Notes: generated by a model from the letters alone, not told the origin. Shown: positions 28,807 through 39,368, counted from the stretch's first letter. The stretch: DNA of 64,000 nt from an uncultured delta proteobacterium (GCA_963826785.1 CAWGYD010000009.1:6857-70856), one strand, 5' to 3'. Made by a program: numbers and translations.

Positions 28807-30087
28807 ATGTTACGCAGGTTAATTCGTTCAGATGGAGGGTTCCGGCCGATCGTCGGCCGTTGCTGCCTGCTTCTAACCCTCTTTTGGATAATGGCGGCAA
28901 ATCCGGCCATTGCCAAAGACAATTCTGAAAGTTTTTCCGCTCTGTCCCGGTTTTCAGGCCCGCAAAATGCCATCGTGGTTGCCGATCCGTGCGGGAACTT
29001 CCGTTATGCCGACAATCCGGACCAACTGCTCATTCCCGCTTCCAGCTTAAAAGTCTTTACCGCCCTGCTGGCGCTTTCTCATCTGGGGCCGGATTTCCGG
29101 TTTACCACCGAATTTTATCTGGATGCCAAAAACAATCTAAAGATCAAGGGATATGGCGACCCCCTGCTGATCTCGGAAGCCGTCGACCGCATATGCGCCC
29201 GCCTGGCGGAATCCACCCATCATGTTCGCCACCTGATCATCGACAACTCCTATTTTGACGGACCGGTAAAGGTTCCCGGTTCACGAAACGGTTCGCTGCA
29301 GCCCTATGACGCCCCCAGCGGCGCATTGTGCGTCAACTTCAACACCATTTACTTTTCGTCCGATCACGGCCGGGTCGTCAGCGCCGAACCCCAGACCCCC
29401 CTGCTTCCTCTGGCGATCCGACGCATCGGCAAAACCGGGGCGCCATCGGGTCGGATTCTGCTCACCGATGATGACGGCGACGCCGTGGTCTATGCCGGTG
29501 AACTCTTTTCCTGGTTTCTGCGGAAGCATCAGGTGGCCGTTACCGGAGAAATCCGGTGCGGCACCGTGGATACCCGAAACGACAGGCTCATCTACCGGCA
29601 TGAATCGGAATATCCATTGACGGAAGTGGTAAAACGGCTGCTGAAATACTCCAACAATTTCATTGCCAACCAGCTGTTTCTGGCCACGGGAGCGCACTTG
29701 TCAGGGCCACCGGCAAATCTTGAAAAAAGCGTGCATGCCGCAGACCTGTTTGCACAAACGCTGGGGATCAAAGGCATGGTCATCGCGGAAGGATCGGGAA
29801 TCTCGCGGCGGAACCGGGTATCGGCACGCATGTTCATGGACATCCTTGCGGCTTTTGCGCCCTATCACGACCTGATGTCCAAAGAAGGCCGGATCTATTT
29901 TAAAACTGGGACATTGAAGGGCATCAGCACCCGGGTGGGGTATGTCGGGACGGAATCCGGCGAGTTGCTGCCCTTTGCGGTGATGATCAATAAGCCAGGC
30001 CAAAACGCGGCGGAGGCGATGCGCAGGCTCAGTCAAATCAGATTTACATCAGCCCCCTGCCCTTCTCCGGACCCCCAACCCCAATAG
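28807..30087 (+). CDS. dacB: D-alanyl-D-alanine carboxypeptidase/endopeptidase (PBP4, S13 family)
   Basis: PASSLKV (SxxK), YSNN (SxN), KTGTL (KTG). N-terminal signal/anchor present. Confidence 0.85.
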   Translation: MLRRLIRSDGGFRPIVGRCCLLLTLFWIMAANPAIAKDNSESFSALSRFSGPQNAIVVADPCGNFRYADNPDQLLIPASSLKVFTALLALSHLGPDFRFTTEFYLDAKNNLKIKGYGDPLLISEAVDRICARLAESTHHVRHLIIDNSYFDGPVKVPGSRNGSLQPYDAPSGALCVNFNTIYFSSDHGRVVSAEPQTPLLPLAIRRIGKTGAPSGRILLTDDDGDAVVYAGELFSWFLRKHQVAVTGEIRCGTVDTRNDRLIYRHESEYPLTEVVKRLLKYSNNFIANQLFLATGAHLSGPPANLEKSVHAADLFAQTLGIKGMVIAEGSGISRRNRVSARMFMDILAAFAPYHDLMSKEGRIYFKTGTLKGISTRVGYVGTESGELLPFAVMINKPGQNAAEAMRRLSQIRFTSAPCPSPDPQPQ

Positions 30088-30134
30088 CGTCAAATCCTAA
30101 GAAAATGCAGGTCATCAGAAAAGATGGATGGTGA

Positions 30135-30941
30135 CTAATCCGGGTGTTTGCCGCCGGTGATGAAGGCATAGGCATTGTGGTTGTGGATGGATTCGAAATT
30201 TTCCACCTCCACGGAAAACCAGGTGATGTTCTTGTCCGCCTTCAGCGACAGGGCGATGTCTCTTACGATGTCTTCCACGAACTTGGGGTTGTCGTAGCTC
30301 TTTTCGGTGATATATTTCTCATCGGCGCGCTTGAGTACGGAATAGACATCGCAGGAGGCGGCGCGCTCCACCAGTTCGATCATGTCCTCGATCCAGATGA
30401 ACTTCCTGAAGCGGGTGGAAAGCTTGACCATTCCCCGCTGGTTGTGGGCCCCCGCATCGCTGATTTCCTTGGAGCAGGGGCATACCGATGAAACCGGGAC
30501 CACCACCTGGGAGATCAGGTCGATCTTGCAGTCCGGATGGATGGAACCGATCAGGGTGCAGGTATAATCCATCAGCCCGGGGGATTTGCTCACCGGCGCG
30601 ATCTTCTCGATAAAGTAGGGAAAGGTCACCTCGATATGCGCCGATTCGGCATTTAAATGCTGCTTCATCTGGGTGAGAATTTCGGAAAACGTCCTCAGCG
30701 AAATCTTGGGGCGAAACAGGTGCAGCATTTCCACGAACCGGCTCATGTGGGTCCCCTTGCACTCATGGGGAAGGTCCACGAACATGTTGATGGATGCGAC
30801 GGTGTGCTGTTCCCCCCGGTAGCGGTCCAGAACGGTGATGGGGTATCTCAGTCCCTTGATGCCCACCTTGTTGATGGCAATGTTCCGAAAGTCCCGCTCA
30901 TTTTGAATGTCTTTCATCATTTCCGGCATAAATCCGCCCAT
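30135..30941 (-). CDS. folE2: GTP cyclohydrolase I type 2 (FolE2/MptA family)
   Basis: DIQNERDFRNIAINKVGIKGLRYPI...DLPHECKGTHMSRFVEML. Exact start uncertain. Confidence 0.85.
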   Translation of the reverse strand: MGGFMPEMMKDIQNERDFRNIAINKVGIKGLRYPITVLDRYRGEQHTVASINMFVDLPHECKGTHMSRFVEMLHLFRPKISLRTFSEILTQMKQHLNAESAHIEVTFPYFIEKIAPVSKSPGLMDYTCTLIGSIHPDCKIDLISQVVVPVSSVCPCSKEISDAGAHNQRGMVKLSTRFRKFIWIEDMIELVERAASCDVYSVLKRADEKYITEKSYDNPKFVEDIVRDIALSLKADKNITWFSVEVENFESIHNHNAYAFITGGKHPD

Positions 30942-30965
30942 ATCCCTAAAACCCTGTCGGGTGCG

Positions 30966-31688
30966 TCAGAGGAGATACTCCCGGTTGACGTGGCTCAAGG
31001 ATCTGAAAATATTTTTTTTGATTTTTTTGTTGGCTCGGTACAGATCGTTTAAAAACGACTTGATTTCCCGTCGTTTGGATTGATCCGCGGAAGGACAGGG
31101 ATTGACAAACTCAGGGAATTGCTGGTCTTTGGCAAAGCGTGCGATCCGGGCTTCATCCGCGAAGGCGAGCGGCCGGATAATGCGCAACCGGCCGCCAAAC
31201 ATCGGCTGAACCGGAAGCATGGTCCCCATGACCCCCGTATAGCAGATGTTTAAAAAGAAGGTTTCGATGATATCATCTTTGTGATGCCCCAGGGCAATCT
31301 TATTGCAGTCCAGCTCCCTTGCGATTTCAAACAGGCGCTGGCGCCGGCGGCGGGCGCATAGAAAGCAGGGGTTTTCCCGGTTGGCCGCACTGTGGGCGAC
31401 GATGCCGAAATCCGTATGCTCCACCCGCAGGGAAACGCCCGTCTGCGCCACCCATTGTGTCAGCTGATCGCCGAAGCACCCTTCAAAGCCCGGATCGATG
31501 TACACGGCATGCAGTGTATAGGAAACCGGCACCCGGGGCAGGCGTTCGCTCAACAGCCACAGCAGCGTCAGGCTGTCTTTTCCCCCGGAGACACCCACCA
31601 GTATCCGATCGCCCGAAGCGATCATCTCATACTGGTGGATGGCTTTTCCCAGATCGTGATTGAGCGCCTTGAAACTGTAGGTGGTCAT
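30966..31688 (-). CDS. PP-loop ATPase, tRNA 2-thiocytidine synthase (TtcA)-like
   Basis: VGVSGGKDSLTLL...CFLCARRRR...ALGHHKDDIIETFFLN. Confidence 0.8.
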   Translation of the reverse strand: MTTYSFKALNHDLGKAIHQYEMIASGDRILVGVSGGKDSLTLLWLLSERLPRVPVSYTLHAVYIDPGFEGCFGDQLTQWVAQTGVSLRVEHTDFGIVAHSAANRENPCFLCARRRRQRLFEIARELDCNKIALGHHKDDIIETFFLNICYTGVMGTMLPVQPMFGGRLRIIRPLAFADEARIARFAKDQQFPEFVNPCPSADQSKRREIKSFLNDLYRANKKIKKNIFRSLSHVNREYLL

Positions 31689-31701
31689 CAGCCCCGCAGG
31701 A

Positions 31702-31932
31702 TCAGCACTGATCCGGCTCTTTGACTTCCGGGTCCTTCTTTTCCGATTCCTTGATGAAAACCTTTCCGGCGGCGATTTCCCGCAGTGCGGTCACAATGTC
31801 CTCGTTGTTGCGGGATTTGACCAGCCGCGGGCTTCCTTCAGCCAGCTGGCGCACCCGTTTGGCCGCCACCTGCACCAGGAAAAACCGGTTGGGGATCCGT
31901 TTCAGGCAGTCCTCTATGGTTACTCTTGCCAT
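31702..31932 (-). CDS. rpoZ: DNA-directed RNA polymerase subunit omega
   Basis: MARVTIEDCLKRIPNRFFLVQVAAKRVRQL. Confidence 0.9.
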   Translation of the reverse strand: MARVTIEDCLKRIPNRFFLVQVAAKRVRQLAEGSPRLVKSRNNEDIVTALREIAAGKVFIKESEKKDPEVKEPDQC

Positions 31933-31956
31933 GTATACTCTCCTTTTGTTTCCCTG

Positions 31957-32424
31957 TTAAAGGATTTCAATCAGTTCATAATTTCGTTTGCCGGCCGGCA
32001 CCTGGATGGCGATTTCAGCCCCCAGCTTCTTGCCCAGCATGGCCTGTCCCAGGGGGGAATTCACGGAGATCCGGCCTTCCTTGATATTCGATTCTTCCGG
32101 CCCCACCAGCTGATAGGTAACCTCCTCGCCGGTGTCGATATTTTCCAGAACCACCGTGCATCCGAAGAAAACGGCTTCTTTGCTCAGCTTGGTCGGATCG
32201 ATCACGTTGGCATGGCCCAGTTTGAATTCCAGTTCACTGATCCGTCCTTCCAGGAAGCTCTGGCGTTCCTTGGCGGCCTCGTATTCGGCATTTTCGGAAA
32301 GATCCCCGTGGGCACGGGCCTCCTCGATGGCCTTGATATTCTTGGGCCGTTCAACGGCTTTCAGCCGGCCGAGTTCTTCCTTCAAGGCATCGTATCCCTG
32401 TTTGGTCATGGGTATCTGCTCCAA
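31957..32424 (-). CDS. greA: transcription elongation factor GreA
   Basis: IPMTKQGYDALKEEL...AHGDLSENAEYEAAKE. Confidence 0.95.
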   Translation of the reverse strand: MEQIPMTKQGYDALKEELGRLKAVERPKNIKAIEEARAHGDLSENAEYEAAKERQSFLEGRISELEFKLGHANVIDPTKLSKEAVFFGCTVVLENIDTGEEVTYQLVGPEESNIKEGRISVNSPLGQAMLGKKLGAEIAIQVPAGKRNYELIEIL

Positions 32425-32426
32425 GA

Positions 32427-33503
32427 TCAGTCTCCTGTGCCGTTTACGATATAGTTTGCAATGAGATCGCCCACTTCGTCGGTGGCATACCCCATTTTTC
32501 CGGCCGATACATTTTTGATATCGTTCCGGAGGGCTTTTTTGACCGCACTTTCGATGGCCGCCCCCGCCTTGTTCTCTCCCAGTGTTTCCAGCAGCAGCTG
32601 GGTGGAAAGGATGGCGGCAATCGGGTTGATTATCTTCTTGCCGGTATACTTGGGCGCCGACCCCCCAATGGGTTCAAACATGGACACCCCTTCGGGATTG
32701 ATGTTGCCTCCGGCGGCAATGCCCATGCCGCCCTGGATCATGGCCCCCAGGTCGGTGATGATGTCCCCGAACATGTTGTCGGTAACGATCACGTCAAACC
32801 ATTCCGGGTTTTTGACCATCCACATGCAGATGGCATCCACATGGGCGTAATCGGTTTCAACATCCGGGTACGCTTTGGCCACTTCATAGAAGGTGCGCTC
32901 CCACAAGTCAAACGCAAATGTCAATACGTTGGTCTTGCCGCACAGGGTCAGCTTTTTTCGCCGGTTGCGATTCCGGCAGTATTCGAAAGCATAGCGGATG
33001 CAGCGCTCCACCCCTTTGCGGGTGTTGATCGATTCCTGAATGGCCACTTCGTCTGCGGTCCCCTTCTTGAGGGTACCGCCGGCGCCGGCGTAAAGCCCCT
33101 CGCTGTTTTCCCGGACCACGACAAAGTCAATATCCGCCGGCGTCTTTCCTTTCAGAGGGGTGTCGACGCCTTCATAGAGTTTGACCGGCCTCAGATTGAT
33201 GTATTGATCGAGTTCAAACCGCAGCCTGAGCAATAATCCTTTTTCCAGGATGCCGGGTTTGACATCCGGGTGTCCGATGGCGCCTAAAAAAATGGCGTCT
33301 GCTGAAGACAGCTGGGAAACAGTTGTGTCCGGCAGAATCTCACCTGTTTTTTTATAATGCTCACCGCCCAGATCATAATAGGTATAATCCAGTTTGAAGC
33401 CATAGACGCCGGCAGCGGCATCCATCGCCTTGATGCCTTCGGCCACCACCTCCGGTCCGGTCCCGTCTCCGGGGAGAACTGCGATATTGTACTGTCTGGT
33501 CAT
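32427..33503 (-). CDS. isopropylmalate/tartrate (D-malate) dehydrogenase family oxidoreductase
   Basis: IAVLPGDGTGPEV...ELDQYINLRP...NMFGDIITD. The true substrate cannot be told from the sequence. Confidence 0.85.
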   Translation of the reverse strand: MTRQYNIAVLPGDGTGPEVVAEGIKAMDAAAGVYGFKLDYTYYDLGGEHYKKTGEILPDTTVSQLSSADAIFLGAIGHPDVKPGILEKGLLLRLRFELDQYINLRPVKLYEGVDTPLKGKTPADIDFVVVRENSEGLYAGAGGTLKKGTADEVAIQESINTRKGVERCIRYAFEYCRNRNRRKKLTLCGKTNVLTFAFDLWERTFYEVAKAYPDVETDYAHVDAICMWMVKNPEWFDVIVTDNMFGDIITDLGAMIQGGMGIAAGGNINPEGVSMFEPIGGSAPKYTGKKIINPIAAILSTQLLLETLGENKAGAAIESAVKKALRNDIKNVSAGKMGYATDEVGDLIANYIVNGTGD

Positions 33504-33598
33504 GTATAACGCTCCTCAACTTTGAACAAAATTCCGGCAACTGATGAATATGAATATGCACTCAGATACCCGCGAGTACCTTCGGCAAACAATAACAC

Positions 33599-34273
33599 TT
33601 AGTGCAGGTGCGCCAGGATCGAACTTCCGGCCTTCACCCGATCGCCTTTTCTCACGATGATTTCCGAATCGGGCGGGAGGTAAAGATCAAGACGGGACCC
33701 GAAGCAGATCAACCCGAACCGTGCGCCACGAACTATCGCATCTTTTTCCGAAACAAAACAGATGATGCGGCGGGCCACCAGTCCGGCGATCTGCACAAAG
33801 GCGATCTTCCGGTGGTCTTCGGTATCCATCAGCACCGCATTATGTTCGTTTTTCATGGATGCGCTGTCCCGGTCCGCGGGATAAAAACGGCCGGGCCGGT
33901 AAGTGATGGTATTCACCACGCCTGAATAGGGGACCCGGTTGACATGCACGTTCAACAGGGACATGAATACCCCGATCTTAACGCAGGGACCGTCCCAGTA
34001 AGGATTTTCAGAAGCCACCCCCACGCTGACCACCCGGCCATCGGCCGGCGATACCACGGCCTTGGCCACATCCGGAATAAGCCGATCCGGGTCCCGGAAG
34101 AAAAGGCAGATGCTCAAGGTCAGGACCAACCCGGCGATGGCGGGTATGCTCCATCCGAGCAGGGCAAAGACCAGGGTGACAAACCCGGAAGCGATAATAA
34201 ACGGGTATCCGGCTGAAGCAATGGGAAATGCCGTCAGACGGGGAGATTCGGCTCGATAAAAAGGTGTCGTCAT
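33599..34273 (-). CDS. psd: phosphatidylserine decarboxylase family proenzyme (short form)
   Basis: N-terminal TM helices. FGSRLD self-cleavage-type motif near the C-terminus. Confidence 0.85.
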   Translation of the reverse strand: MTTPFYRAESPRLTAFPIASAGYPFIIASGFVTLVFALLGWSIPAIAGLVLTLSICLFFRDPDRLIPDVAKAVVSPADGRVVSVGVASENPYWDGPCVKIGVFMSLLNVHVNRVPYSGVVNTITYRPGRFYPADRDSASMKNEHNAVLMDTEDHRKIAFVQIAGLVARRIICFVSEKDAIVRGARFGLICFGSRLDLYLPPDSEIIVRKGDRVKAGSSILAHLH

Positions 34274-34337
34274 TAAATTATCAACTTTGAATTAAATATA
34301 TAAAATCCGACATCTTTAATCAAAAAATCGCCGCATG

Positions 34338-35054
34338 TCAATGAAAACAGCCGGATTCGCTTAAATTTTTGTTTAAAACACGGTTTCTTTCCGCATCGGG
34401 TTTGCGGATATAATGAGGGATCAGCGATTCTGCCGAATCCACCCTGCCCTGCTCAAATCGTCTGATTGCCATTTCCCCGACAACGGCTGCGCGAACCGTG
34501 TGGCAGGCGGGCGGCGGAAAAACCGCCAGGCTCCCCAGTGCCTTCAGAATGATTTTCCGGTGGGCAATGGCACCGTCTCCAATCACGATCACCGGTTCAT
34601 GGATCTGAAAAAAAGCAGCCTCCGGGGAAATCACCTGCTCAGGGAAGATTTTGACCGTCTGATTTTCGGTACGTTTAAATCCTGCGGTGTAGATTTCTCC
34701 TTTCCTGGCATCGAGCATGGGACAGATCAACATCGAATGTCCCCAGAAGGGGTAGGCCAGGACCTCAAGGGTTGGAATACCCACCAGCGGCTTTCGGGTG
34801 GCCGCGGCAAAGCCCTTGACGGTGGAAAGCCCGATGCGCAGTCCCGTGAAGCTGCCGGGCCCGGTAGTGACCGCAAAACCGTCCAATTCAGCCATGGTCA
34901 TCCGGTGGGCGCCAAGTGCCTGGTCTACCAGGTCCAGCACCACCCTGGCATGGGTCTGTCCATGATTGACCGTCAGTTCGGAAATGAGGGTCTCACCGGC
35001 GTGAATGGCCACACTGCAGGACCGGGTCGCCGTATCCAGAGAAAGAATTTTCAT
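34338..35054 (-). CDS. tsaB: tRNA t6A37 biosynthesis protein TsaB
   Basis: [17 protein letters not shown]...[11 protein letters not shown]. Confidence 0.9.
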   Translation of the reverse strand: MKILSLDTATRSCSVAIHAGETLISELTVNHGQTHARVVLDLVDQALGAHRMTMAELDGFAVTTGPGSFTGLRIGLSTVKGFAAATRKPLVGIPTLEVLAYPFWGHSMLICPMLDARKGEIYTAGFKRTENQTVKIFPEQVISPEAAFFQIHEPVIVIGDGAIAHRKIILKALGSLAVFPPPACHTVRAAVVGEMAIRRFEQGRVDSAESLIPHYIRKPDAERNRVLNKNLSESGCFH

Positions 35055-35061
35055 GAGGTGC

Positions 35062-37509
35062 TCAGTTTCCGGAAGCGGCTTTTCCGGCTTTTTCTCTTTT
35101 GGCGGATGCGCGCTTGGGTTTCGGAGTAGCGATCAGATCGCTGCCGATGGCCACTTCAATGACTTCATCGATGTGGGTGACCGGGATGAACTTGATCTTG
35201 CGCTTGACATTCTTGGGGATCTCGACCAGTTCCCGTTTGTTTTTTTCCGGGATGATGATGGTTTTGATCCCGGCCCGCAATGCCCCCAGCGCCTTTTCCC
35301 GCAGCCCGCCGATGGGCAGCACCCGCCCCCGCAGGGTGATTTCCCCGGTCATGGCCACTTCCGTGTTCACCGGGCGCTGGGTAACGGCGGAGATGAGCGC
35401 CGTGGCCATGGCGATGCCGGCAGAAGGCCCGTCCTTGGGGATGGCGCCGGCCGGCACATGAATATGAATATCGAGATTTTCGAAAAAATTTCTTTCCAGC
35501 CCGAAATCATTGATGTGCGACCGGGCGTAACTCACCGCCGCCCGGGCGGATTCCTGCATGATCTCCCCCACCTGACCGGTGATGATCAACTCCCCCTTTC
35601 CTTCCAGCAGAGACGCTTCCACATAGAGGACCTCACCGCCCACGTTGGTCCAGGCAAGTCCGGTGGACAAACCGATCTGACTCTCTTCCTGGTCCATTTC
35701 GGGGATAAACTTGGGGGGTCCGAGATATTTCGGCAGCGACTGCCGGGTAATATGAAAAGGCCCCTTGTCCCCTTCGGCGATCTTGCGGGCGATCTTCCTG
35801 CAAATGGCGCCCAGTTCCCGTTCCAGATTCCGCAGGCCGGCCTCGGAAGTATATTCCTCGATGATCTGCCGAAGGGCGGGGGGGCTGATCTCCAGATGAT
35901 TTTTCCGCAGGCCGTTTTCCTTGAGCTGCCTGGGGAGCAGGTAGCGTTCGGCGATGATCCCCTTTTCCTCGATGGTATACCCCGACAGGTAGATCACCTC
36001 CATCCGGTCCAGCAGGGCGGAAGGGATGGTATCGGTAATATTGGCGGTGAGGATGAACAGCACATCCGACAAGTCAAACGAAAGATTCAAGTAATGATCG
36101 CTGAAGCTGGCGTTCTGTTCAGGATCCAGGGCTTCGAGAAGCGCGGAGGAGGGATCCCCGCGAAAATCGGAGCCGATTTTGTCAATTTCATCCATCATGA
36201 ACACCGGATTGCGGGTACCGCATTGTTTCAGTCCCTGCAGGATACGACCGGGCATGGCGCCGATGTAGGTCCGGCGATGTCCGCGGATTTCCGCTTCATC
36301 ATGGATGCCCCCCAGCGAAAACCGGAAAAATTTGCGGTTCATGGCCTTGGCGATCGCCTGGCCCAGCGAGGTCTTTCCTACCCCGGGCGGCCCCACGAAA
36401 CAGAGAATCTGCCCTTTTTTCTGAGGATTGAGTTTCCGGACGCTCAAGTATTCGAGTACCCGGTCTTTGACAATATCAAGGCCGTAATGATGCTTGTTGA
36501 GCATCTTTTTGGCCGCCGGAATATCGATGACATCCTTTGAGGCCTTGCTCCAGGGAAGCTCCGTCATCCAGTCCAGGTAGCCGCGCACCACCGTGGCTTC
36601 GGAAGAATCCGGATGCATCATTTCGAGGCGCTTGAGCTGTTTTTCCGCTTCCTTTTGCGGTTCCTTGGGCAGCTTGGCCCGTTTCAGCCGTTTTCGATAG
36701 TCTTCTATCTCATCGGCCTTTTCATCAAATTCCCCCAGCTCCTTGTTAATGGCGCGGACCTGCTCTCTTAAGAAATAATCCCGCTGGCTCTTTGATATTT
36801 CGTTTCTGACATTGGACTGGATCTTGGCCTGCATCATGGACAAGTCGACTTCACGGGTCAGGTAATCGTTTACCACCTGCAGCCGCTCTACCGGATTGGT
36901 GATCTCGAGCAGTTCCTGGGCTTCTTCAATCTTGAGCTTCAGGTTCGATGAGACCAGGTCCGCCAGCTTGCCGGGGTGTTCGATGTCTTCCAGAAGAACA
37001 CCGATCTCGCTGGAGTATTCACCCCGTATCGTGAGTATTTTTTCGCAGTTTTCCCGGACATTGCGCATTAATGCCTGATGTTCAAGTTGAGCATTTTCAA
37101 AATAATCATCCGATATAACTTCGATTTTAACATTATATACGTATTTTCTGCTCACGAATTTTTTAATCCGGCCCTTGGTCAAGCCCTGCACCAGGATCTT
37201 GAACTGCCCTTCCGGAAGCTTTAAAATACGCAGAATGCGGCATATGGTACCGACCCGGTAAATCTCTTCCGGTTTCGGATCCTCGAGGGAGGGGTCTTTC
37301 TGGGTTGCCAGAAAGATCAGGCGATCTTTGTCCATTCCAGCCTCCACCGCCTTGATGGAACGCTCTCTGCCGATGAAAAGGGGCAGGACCATGTCTGTAA
37401 AGATCACCACATCCCTTACCGGCAACAGCGGCAACTGGGCCGGCATCACCGGTTTGACATCTCCGTCTTCCAGCAAACTGACGAGATCGTCTTTGTCTGT
37501 CTCTGCCAT
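35062..37509 (-). CDS. lon: ATP-dependent protease Lon
   Basis: LPLLPVRDVVIFT...GPPGVGKTSL...DGPSAGIAMATAL (catalytic Ser), 815 aa. Confidence 0.97.
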   Translation of the reverse strand: MAETDKDDLVSLLEDGDVKPVMPAQLPLLPVRDVVIFTDMVLPLFIGRERSIKAVEAGMDKDRLIFLATQKDPSLEDPKPEEIYRVGTICRILRILKLPEGQFKILVQGLTKGRIKKFVSRKYVYNVKIEVISDDYFENAQLEHQALMRNVRENCEKILTIRGEYSSEIGVLLEDIEHPGKLADLVSSNLKLKIEEAQELLEITNPVERLQVVNDYLTREVDLSMMQAKIQSNVRNEISKSQRDYFLREQVRAINKELGEFDEKADEIEDYRKRLKRAKLPKEPQKEAEKQLKRLEMMHPDSSEATVVRGYLDWMTELPWSKASKDVIDIPAAKKMLNKHHYGLDIVKDRVLEYLSVRKLNPQKKGQILCFVGPPGVGKTSLGQAIAKAMNRKFFRFSLGGIHDEAEIRGHRRTYIGAMPGRILQGLKQCGTRNPVFMMDEIDKIGSDFRGDPSSALLEALDPEQNASFSDHYLNLSFDLSDVLFILTANITDTIPSALLDRMEVIYLSGYTIEEKGIIAERYLLPRQLKENGLRKNHLEISPPALRQIIEEYTSEAGLRNLERELGAICRKIARKIAEGDKGPFHITRQSLPKYLGPPKFIPEMDQEESQIGLSTGLAWTNVGGEVLYVEASLLEGKGELIITGQVGEIMQESARAAVSYARSHINDFGLERNFFENLDIHIHVPAGAIPKDGPSAGIAMATALISAVTQRPVNTEVAMTGEITLRGRVLPIGGLREKALGALRAGIKTIIIPEKNKRELVEIPKNVKRKIKFIPVTHIDEVIEVAIGSDLIATPKPKRASAKREKAGKAASGN

Positions 37510-37761
37510 AAATCCACCTGTTGTTCTTTATTTCAATGACTTAGATCATTCGATCCAAATAAGATAAGCATCGGTATTTTATATTCAATATGCAATGAAA
37601 AAACGCGATGGCGTTCCGGTGCGTTTGAGCTGTCTTGATCTATTATGTTTATTTTCCAACTTCAACCCTAAAATCATTGATTTGAGTGAAAAACGATTAT
37701 GATGTTTGAAAAACAGCCGGTTTGTGTTATTGATCCGAAACACGATAAGTCAAGGAGTTTC

Positions 37762-38553
37762 ATGGATCCAATCGCTGTTTCGTTCATGCCGGAGCCTCTG
37801 TCGATGATCATGGCTTTTATTTTCGGGGCCTGCATCGGCAGTTTTTTAAATGTCTGCATTTCCCGGATGCCCCAATCCATTTCCATCGTGAAACCGGGTT
37901 CCCGGTGTCCCGACTGCAAAACTCCGATCCGGGCCTATGACAATATCCCGATCTTAAGCTTCCTGTGGCTTCGGGGCAAATGCAGGGGCTGCGCAAAGTC
38001 CATCTCTGTCCGCTATCCCCTGATCGAGGCGCTGACCGGCGGACTTGCCGTCGCCGTCCTGCTGAAGTTCGGCCTCTCTTTTGATGCGGCCGTCTATTTC
38101 ATTTTCATGTGTGCACTGGTGGTCATCACCTTCATCGACATCGACCACCAGATCATTCCCGATATCATTTCTCTGCCGGGGATCCCCGTGGGAATACTGG
38201 CATCGATCCTGCTGTCTTCTTTAACTTTCTGGGAATCGATCATCGGGGCGGTCTTCGGAGGCGGCATTCTCCTTTCCATCGCCTGGGGATACTATCTGTT
38301 CACGGGCAAAGAGGGCATGGGCGGCGGCGACATTAAGCTTCTGGCCATGATCGGCGCCTTTGTCGGATGGCAGGGTGTGGTATTCACGATTTTCCTTTCG
38401 TCGGTGACCGGAACCGTCGTCGGTGTTCTGCTGATGGCTTTTGCCCGGAAAGATCTGAAATTTGCGGTCCCTTTCGGCCCTTTCCTGTCCATTGGCGCCA
38501 TCGTCTACGTATTTTTCGGTCCTGCAGTGATCACCTGGTATTACTACGGTTGA
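37762..38553 (+). CDS. pilD: prepilin peptidase / N-methyltransferase (A24 family)
   Basis: GSFLNVCISRMP...SRCPDCKTPI...GKCRGCAKSI...GGGDIKL. AAGGAG lies before ATG 37762. Confidence 0.92.
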   Translation: MDPIAVSFMPEPLSMIMAFIFGACIGSFLNVCISRMPQSISIVKPGSRCPDCKTPIRAYDNIPILSFLWLRGKCRGCAKSISVRYPLIEALTGGLAVAVLLKFGLSFDAAVYFIFMCALVVITFIDIDHQIIPDIISLPGIPVGILASILLSSLTFWESIIGAVFGGGILLSIAWGYYLFTGKEGMGGGDIKLLAMIGAFVGWQGVVFTIFLSSVTGTVVGVLLMAFARKDLKFAVPFGPFLSIGAIVYVFFGPAVITWYYYG

Positions 38554-38641
38554 ACTACAAAAATCAGCGACTTGCCGCCATTCCCCCGTCAAAACCCCTG
38601 TTTTCAGGCACACCCGGCGAAGATGCAAGTTCTGATTTTTC

Positions 38642-38670
38642 TTGACACACCAGAATGTTAAAAGTAACTT
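38642..38670 (+). promoter_or_regulatory. sigma70-type promoter upstream of hup
   Basis: CTTGACA-N17-TAACTT. Implies a leader of about 170 nt. Confidence 0.35.
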
Positions 38671-38845
38671 CGATGTTGTCGAATCGCCGATATTTCTTGC
38701 CATTCAGCGAATCGTTGATCAAATGTTCTTTGCCAGATTCCGACTAAAGCGGATCGTTTTTCCCCATACCGGAAATCTCCGGTATCCTCAGGCAACTGTA
38801 AACCCAGGAACAACGGCAATCCAATCCAACGAAAGGAGAAACACG

Positions 38846-39115
38846 GTGAACAAAAAAGACTTAGTAAACGAAGTATCCAAAGTCGTCAGCACCAAGAAAG
38901 AGGCACAGGCAGCTGTGGATTGTGTTATCCAGACCATCAGCGATTCACTTGCAAAAGGCGATACCGTAACGCTGGTCGGCTTCGGGACCTTCAAGGCGGT
39001 AAAACGAGACGCCAGAACCGGCCGCAATCCCCAGACGGGCAAACCCATCAACATCAAGGCCAAAAACGTCCCAAAGTTCGCTCCCGGCAAGGCTCTGAAG
39101 GATGCGGTAAACTAA
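38846..39115 (+). CDS. hup: DNA-binding protein HU
   Basis: GTG start after AAAGGAG. VNKKDLVNEV...GFGTFKAVKRDARTGRNPQTG...PKFAPGKALKDAVN. Confidence 0.93.
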   Translation: MNKKDLVNEVSKVVSTKKEAQAAVDCVIQTISDSLAKGDTVTLVGFGTFKAVKRDARTGRNPQTGKPINIKAKNVPKFAPGKALKDAVN

Positions 39116-39138
39116 ATTCCGGCTCCTTATCCCACTTC

Positions 39139-39194
39139 TTTTGAATTGTACCTCAAGTAATTGTCTTTATAAATACTTGGGGTACAATTCAAAA
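39139..39194. repeat. 21-bp-stem perfect palindrome (one G-U position)
   Basis: TTTTGAATTGTACCTCAAGTA-N14-TACTTGGGGTACAATTCAAAA. Confidence 0.6.
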
Positions 39195-39311
39195 TCCCAT
39201 GCTCCATTTATATTCCGCTTCTCTCAGTTTTGTTCTACTTCTTAAAGACATCGACGGGCTTTTTATTCCATAAAGGCCGGCGCACTCATTTCGGCCCCAC
39301 GAGCCAATGAT

Positions 39312-39348
39312 AAAAAAAGGCGGCACATGTTTAAGTGCCGCCCTTTTT
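39312..39348. terminator. bidirectional intrinsic terminator between hup and the selenoprotein gene
   Basis: A7-GGCGGCAC-N8-GTGCCGCC-CT5. Confidence 0.65.
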
Positions 39349-39368
39349 GTATCATTTAAGAAAAAACG

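Noticed and set aside
8485-36540. Long ORFs antisense to real genes, e.g. 8485..9411(+), 9143..10255(+), 10479..11633(+), 20466..22151(+), 26008..27816(+), 35005..36540(+), 47597..48460(+)
   Set aside because: Each lies entirely opposite a gene with unmistakable family motifs. Their translations are Gly/Arg/Pro/His-rich low-complexity strings, typical of the antisense frame of GC-rich coding DNA. No motifs or ribosome-binding sites are evident.
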